IMG/VR virus record: IMGVR_UViG_2706794687_000013
Strand: one strand, 5' to 3'
Length of the DNA stretch: 9,541 nucleotides
DNA from: a virus
Lineage: Duplodnaviria; Heunggongvirae; Uroviricota; Caudoviricetes
Under the pieces are notes generated by a model that searched no databases, was not told the origin of the DNA, and worked only from the letters and a program-made list of their open reading frames with translations. Position 1 is the stretch's first letter. The number at the start of each line of letters is the position of its first letter. The position numbers and the translations under genes are program-made. This document shows positions 7,164 through 9,541 of the stretch, piece after piece.

Positions 7164-7423
7164 GAATCAACCCCCGCCGATGGTTGTGTGTTAGCCTGAA
7201 ACTCAGCAGGCAAGCCGTCAGTTGGGTTGGGGTAGGTTTTACTGTCAATCTCATGTGGGGTCACCACCCATCCCGTTGCTTCACACCAACGTAATATTTT
7301 TTCTCCTGTAAGTTTTGCACGCCCCGTTATAACGTGGCTGACCATCCCTTGGGATGCGCCAACAATCTCAGCAAATGAACTCTGGGTTATATGAAAATGA
7401 TGCAAATATTCTCCAAGATTCAT
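7160..7423 (-). CDS. ydaS: YdaS-like Cro-type HTH DNA-binding protein (first gene of the leftward early operon)
   Basis: 87 aa from ATG 7423-7421 (the track's 7450 start is TTG and would run into the operator region). HTH-like 'ITQSSFAEIVGASQGMVSHVITGRAKLTGEKILRW'. Divergent from the repressor gene. Confidence 0.6.
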   Translation of the reverse strand: MNLGEYLHHFHITQSSFAEIVGASQGMVSHVITGRAKLTGEKILRWCEATGWVVTPHEIDSKTYPNPTDGLPAEFQANTQPSAGVDS

Positions 7424-7534
7424 AATCCGCCCTATGTGATGTGTTACCAATGCATAATTAATAGCACTGTTATTTTTAAAAGTAAATAGTGATACTATTT
7501 CAAAGTGATTAGCAATCTTATTAGAATTGGATGT
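7424..7534. promoter_or_regulatory. divergent promoter/operator region with two 15-bp palindromic operator-like sites (O1 7460-7474 AATAGCACTGTTATT; O2 7485-7499 AATAGTGATACTATT)
   Basis: 111-bp AT-rich gap between divergent starts. O2 is a perfect 6-3-6 palindrome. Candidate rightward promoter TTCAAA(7499-7504)-17-TAGAAT(7522-7527), ending 7 nt before the repressor ATG. Candidate leftward promoter overlapping O1/O2 on the minus strand. Confidence 0.5.
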
Positions 7535-8035
7535 ATGAAAAGAAAATCATTGTCAGACACCGACCTCAACGCCGCCAGAAGACTGAAAGAAATCTGGATG
7601 GCAAAGAAATCTCAGTTGGGATTGACTCAGGAACGTGCGGCGGAAATTATGGGGTTTTCAACACAAGGGGCGGTAAGTCACTACCTAAATGGTCAAACCC
7701 CACTAAACCTTGAGGCTGTTCTAAAGTTTGCTGGCTTACTGAAAGTTCCCCCTGAGTCAATCAGGCCAGACATGGTAGATTTGCTGCAAATTGCAAGGAT
7801 GTATTGTCGAGAACCACAGCAAGATAACATAGTCGCATTACCAGCAGACACAGAACAAACAGAGGATGAACTACCGTTTGCCGTAGAGCCGATGGAACGA
7901 GATTTAATCCATACGTTCAGAGCTTTTCCGAAAGAAGATCAAGAACACATGCTTCAGGAGATGAAAGATAAAAAAGAATCAATGGATCGTACGGTTGCGC
8001 GGTGGTTAGCTGCACAAAAAGGCCGTCGCGCCTAA
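7535..8035 (+). CDS. paaR: XRE-family HTH transcriptional repressor (PaaR/RacR-like prophage repressor)
   Basis: 166 aa from ATG 7535 (the track's 7505 start is GTG). Canonical HTH_XRE 'LGLTQERAAEIMGFSTQGAVSHYLNGQTPLNLEAVLKFAGLLKV'. Divergent from the Cro-like gene; followed 19 bp later by the antitoxin-toxin pair. Symbol inferred from operon architecture, not sequence identity. Confidence 0.75.
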   Translation: MKRKSLSDTDLNAARRLKEIWMAKKSQLGLTQERAAEIMGFSTQGAVSHYLNGQTPLNLEAVLKFAGLLKVPPESIRPDMVDLLQIARMYCREPQQDNIVALPADTEQTEDELPFAVEPMERDLIHTFRAFPKEDQEHMLQEMKDKKESMDRTVARWLAAQKGRRA

Positions 8036-8054
8036 ATCAGAGGAGATATGTAAA

Positions 8055-8249
8055 ATGAGTACAGTCCTTTCCCCAATGGTTTCAGAATTTGAGACAGTTG
8101 AGCAAGAAAATAGTTACAACGAATGGCTGCGGGCCAAAGTAGCAGCAAGCCTCGCGGATCCCCGCCCGGCGATTCCGCATGATGAGGTAATGGCGGAAAT
8201 GGAACAAATTATTGCCCAAATTGCTGCTGCAACTCACAGAGGTGAATAA
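8055..8249 (+). CDS. paaA: small antitoxin of a ParE-type toxin-antitoxin module (PaaA-like)
   Basis: 64 aa; AGGAG 9 nt upstream of ATG 8055. Stop TAA 8247-8249 overlaps the toxin ATG (TAATG). Acidic, low-complexity C-terminus. Size and position match the recalled PaaA2 antitoxin; symbol assigned by context. Confidence 0.65.
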   Translation: MSTVLSPMVSEFETVEQENSYNEWLRAKVAASLADPRPAIPHDEVMAEMEQIIAQIAAATHRGE

Positions 8250-8539
8250 TGTTACCCGTTTTATGGCTACCATCTGCTCGTGATGATTTGCGCCAGATCG
8301 TAGCCTACATAGCTAAAGAAAATCCCGCGGCAGCACGCAGAATGAAAATTCGAATTGAAACATCCGTTTTGCCGCTCACAGAGCATCCTTACCTGTATCC
8401 TCCAAGCGAGCGAGTTCTTGGTCTTCGTGAAATTGTAACTCATCCTAACTACATCATCCTTTACCGAGTAACAGCATCAAGCATAGAAGTAGTAAATATT
8501 GTGCATTCTCGAAGACAGTATCCAGGCAAAAACAGTTAA
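8249..8539 (+). CDS. parE: ParE/RelE-superfamily toxin (ParE-like)
   Basis: 96 aa. 'LPVLWLPSARDDLRQIVAYIAKENPAAARR...GLREIVTHPNYIILYRVTASSIEVVNIVHSRRQYP' fits the ParE/RelE pattern. Translationally coupled to the upstream antitoxin; GAGG upstream. Confidence 0.8.
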   Translation: MLPVLWLPSARDDLRQIVAYIAKENPAAARRMKIRIETSVLPLTEHPYLYPPSERVLGLREIVTHPNYIILYRVTASSIEVVNIVHSRRQYPGKNS

Positions 8540-8555
8540 TTATTCCCGCCGACAG

Positions 8556-8577
8556 AACCACCTTAGGGTGGTTTTTT
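8556..8577 (+). terminator. Rho-independent terminator after parE
   Basis: AACCACC-TTAG-GGTGGTT perfect 7-bp stem with 4-nt loop followed by TTTTTT, 17 bp after the parE stop. Confidence 0.8.
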
Positions 8578-8595
8578 CTTGCCCCAACAAAAAAC

Positions 8596-8638
8596 AATAG
8601 CGATGCTATTTACATCAAAAAAAAATAATGATGCTATT
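8596..8638. promoter_or_regulatory. second operator-like pair (O3 8596-8610 AATAGCGATGCTATT; O4 8624-8638 AATAATGATGCTATT) related to O1/O2
   Basis: O3 is a perfect 6-3-6 palindrome with the same half-site AATAG(C/T) and GAT spacer as O2. O4 shares 13/15 positions with O3. Sits between the terminator and the next rightward gene. Confidence 0.5.
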
Positions 8639-8819
8639 GTTTCAGGCGTCAACCCACCCCGCCCCACAGAATGCAGGGCAATACTTCGAGTTACCAGACA
8701 GTGGTCAGGGGTTAAGTAGCCAGCCCGAGGCGTAAGAACATGACGGCAGGGTTCAATCTTTAACTATGCAGCAGGTTTTTTGTTCCGCCACCCCGGCGTT
8801 AAGGGGAAATGAGGTCAGC

Positions 8820-8972
8820 ATGGATACTATCGATCTTGGCAACAACGAATCTCTGGTGTGCGGCGTGTTCCCTAACCAGGATGGAACGTTTACCGCCATG
8901 ACGTATACCAAAAGCAAAACGTTTAAAACCGAATCTGGCGCGCGTTGCTGGTTAGCCAGAAACACTGACTGA
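8820..8972 (+). CDS. small hypothetical prophage protein (possibly YdaF-like; unverified)
   Basis: 50 aa from ATG 8820 with GAGG 5 nt upstream. The track's longer form from ATG 8766 lacks an RBS. Confidence 0.5.
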   Translation: MDTIDLGNNESLVCGVFPNQDGTFTAMTYTKSKTFKTESGARCWLARNTD

Positions 8973-8983
8973 TGAGGCTGACG

Positions 8984-9349
8984 ATGGAATTTAAAGATTT
9001 ACCGTCTGATGTACAGAAAACAGCAGCTCATACATTGCATTCTGTGCTGCGAGAAATCGGGAAAGATATTGCAAGCGAGCCAGCAAAAGATCTGGCCCGG
9101 AAAATCAAGACCGCTTTCGTTGAGCTTTATAATGTTGGCACTGACTCTGAAACTGTCGAGACCAAGACCGTAAGTTCACCAATATTCTCACTTGAGCCAA
9201 GCGTATTATCAGGTGAAATATGCACCGAGATTTCCAGCGAACTGCTTCCGGTAATACGAGAAGCAATTCGCCGTCGCGGTTTGGATGGAAGTTATGATCA
9301 TGACGTTCTGCAAGTTCTCAGGACAATGGTGACTTCACTGGGGATTTGA
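8984..9349 (+). CDS. hypothetical prophage protein
   Basis: 121 aa from ATG 8984 (GAGG 6 nt upstream). Alternative ATG 8972 overlaps the upstream stop (TGATG). No family recognised. Confidence 0.45.
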   Translation: MEFKDLPSDVQKTAAHTLHSVLREIGKDIASEPAKDLARKIKTAFVELYNVGTDSETVETKTVSSPIFSLEPSVLSGEICTEISSELLPVIREAIRRRGLDGSYDHDVLQVLRTMVTSLGI

Positions 9350-9541
9350 TCCCTGCGTCCTCTAAGCTTTTGATATAGCGGTCCTCCAAGAAGCGGTAAA
9401 TTTTGTCGAAATCATCTTTTCCCTCTGGTTTATTCAGAGGATTACAGGACCCGTAAGTAGCGGCATACATTTCAACCGTTTGGTAATGACTCCAACTTAT
9501 TGATAGTGTTTTATGTTCAGATAATGCCCGATGACTTTGTC
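9318..9541 (-). CDS. possible 3' end of a leftward gene entering from beyond the window (partial, hypothetical)
   Basis: Minus-strand frame is open from the window edge to TGA at 9320-9318 ('...FDKIYRFLEDRYIKSLEDAGIKSPVKSPLS*'). Overlaps the 3' end of the 8984-9349 gene by about 30 bp, so only one of the two may be real over the overlap. No start visible. Confidence 0.3.
   Translation of the reverse strand, partial: QSHRALSEHKTLSISWSHYQTVEMYAATYGSCNPLNKPEGKDDFDKIYRFLEDRYIKSLEDAGIKSPVKSPLS

Noticed and set aside
6326-7199. Plus-strand ORFs 6326-6517, 6524-6790, 6800-7006, 6996-7199
   Set aside because: Antisense to the initiator and YdaT-like genes; no RBS or operon logic.
7424-7534. Track N-terminal extensions using TTG 7450 (Cro-like gene) and GTG 7505 (repressor gene), and ORF 7531-7713 (+)
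   Set aside because: The extensions start at non-ATG codons and would run through the operator region; the in-frame ATGs at 7423 and 7535 are preferred. ORF 7531-7713 is out of frame with the well-supported repressor gene.
8082-8965. Minus-strand ORFs 8082-8273 and 8753-8965, and the long form 8766-8819 of the small gene
   Set aside because: Antisense to the antitoxin/toxin and small-gene ORFs; ATG 8766 lacks an RBS whereas ATG 8820 has GAGG at the right distance.

Overview
This window looks like the early/immunity region of a lambdoid (Rac-like) cryptic prophage carrying a restriction-modification cassette as cargo. A rightward operon encodes an XRE-family repressor, a small antitoxin and a ParE-family toxin (7535-8539), matching, from memory and unverified, the three-component paaR-paaA-parE arrangement described in E. 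coli O157:H7 cryptic prophages. It ends in a clear intrinsic terminator and is followed by two small rightward genes. Divergent from it, a long leftward operon (7423 down to 243) encodes a Cro-like HTH protein, a YdaT-like protein, an O-like replication initiator with internal iteron arrays (putative ori), a DnaC-like helicase loader, three uncharacterised proteins, and finally a low-GC Type II R-M cassette (N6-adenine methyltransferase plus an overlapping putative endonuclease) bracketed by a 16/17-bp direct repeat. Four related 15-bp palindromes flank the repressor operon on both sides. Two N-masked gaps (2183-2462, 5421-5683) hide the methyltransferase catalytic-motif region and the initiator/loader gene junction. 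No rRNA, tRNA or CRISPR array is evident. All family assignments are by eye; none were checked by search.
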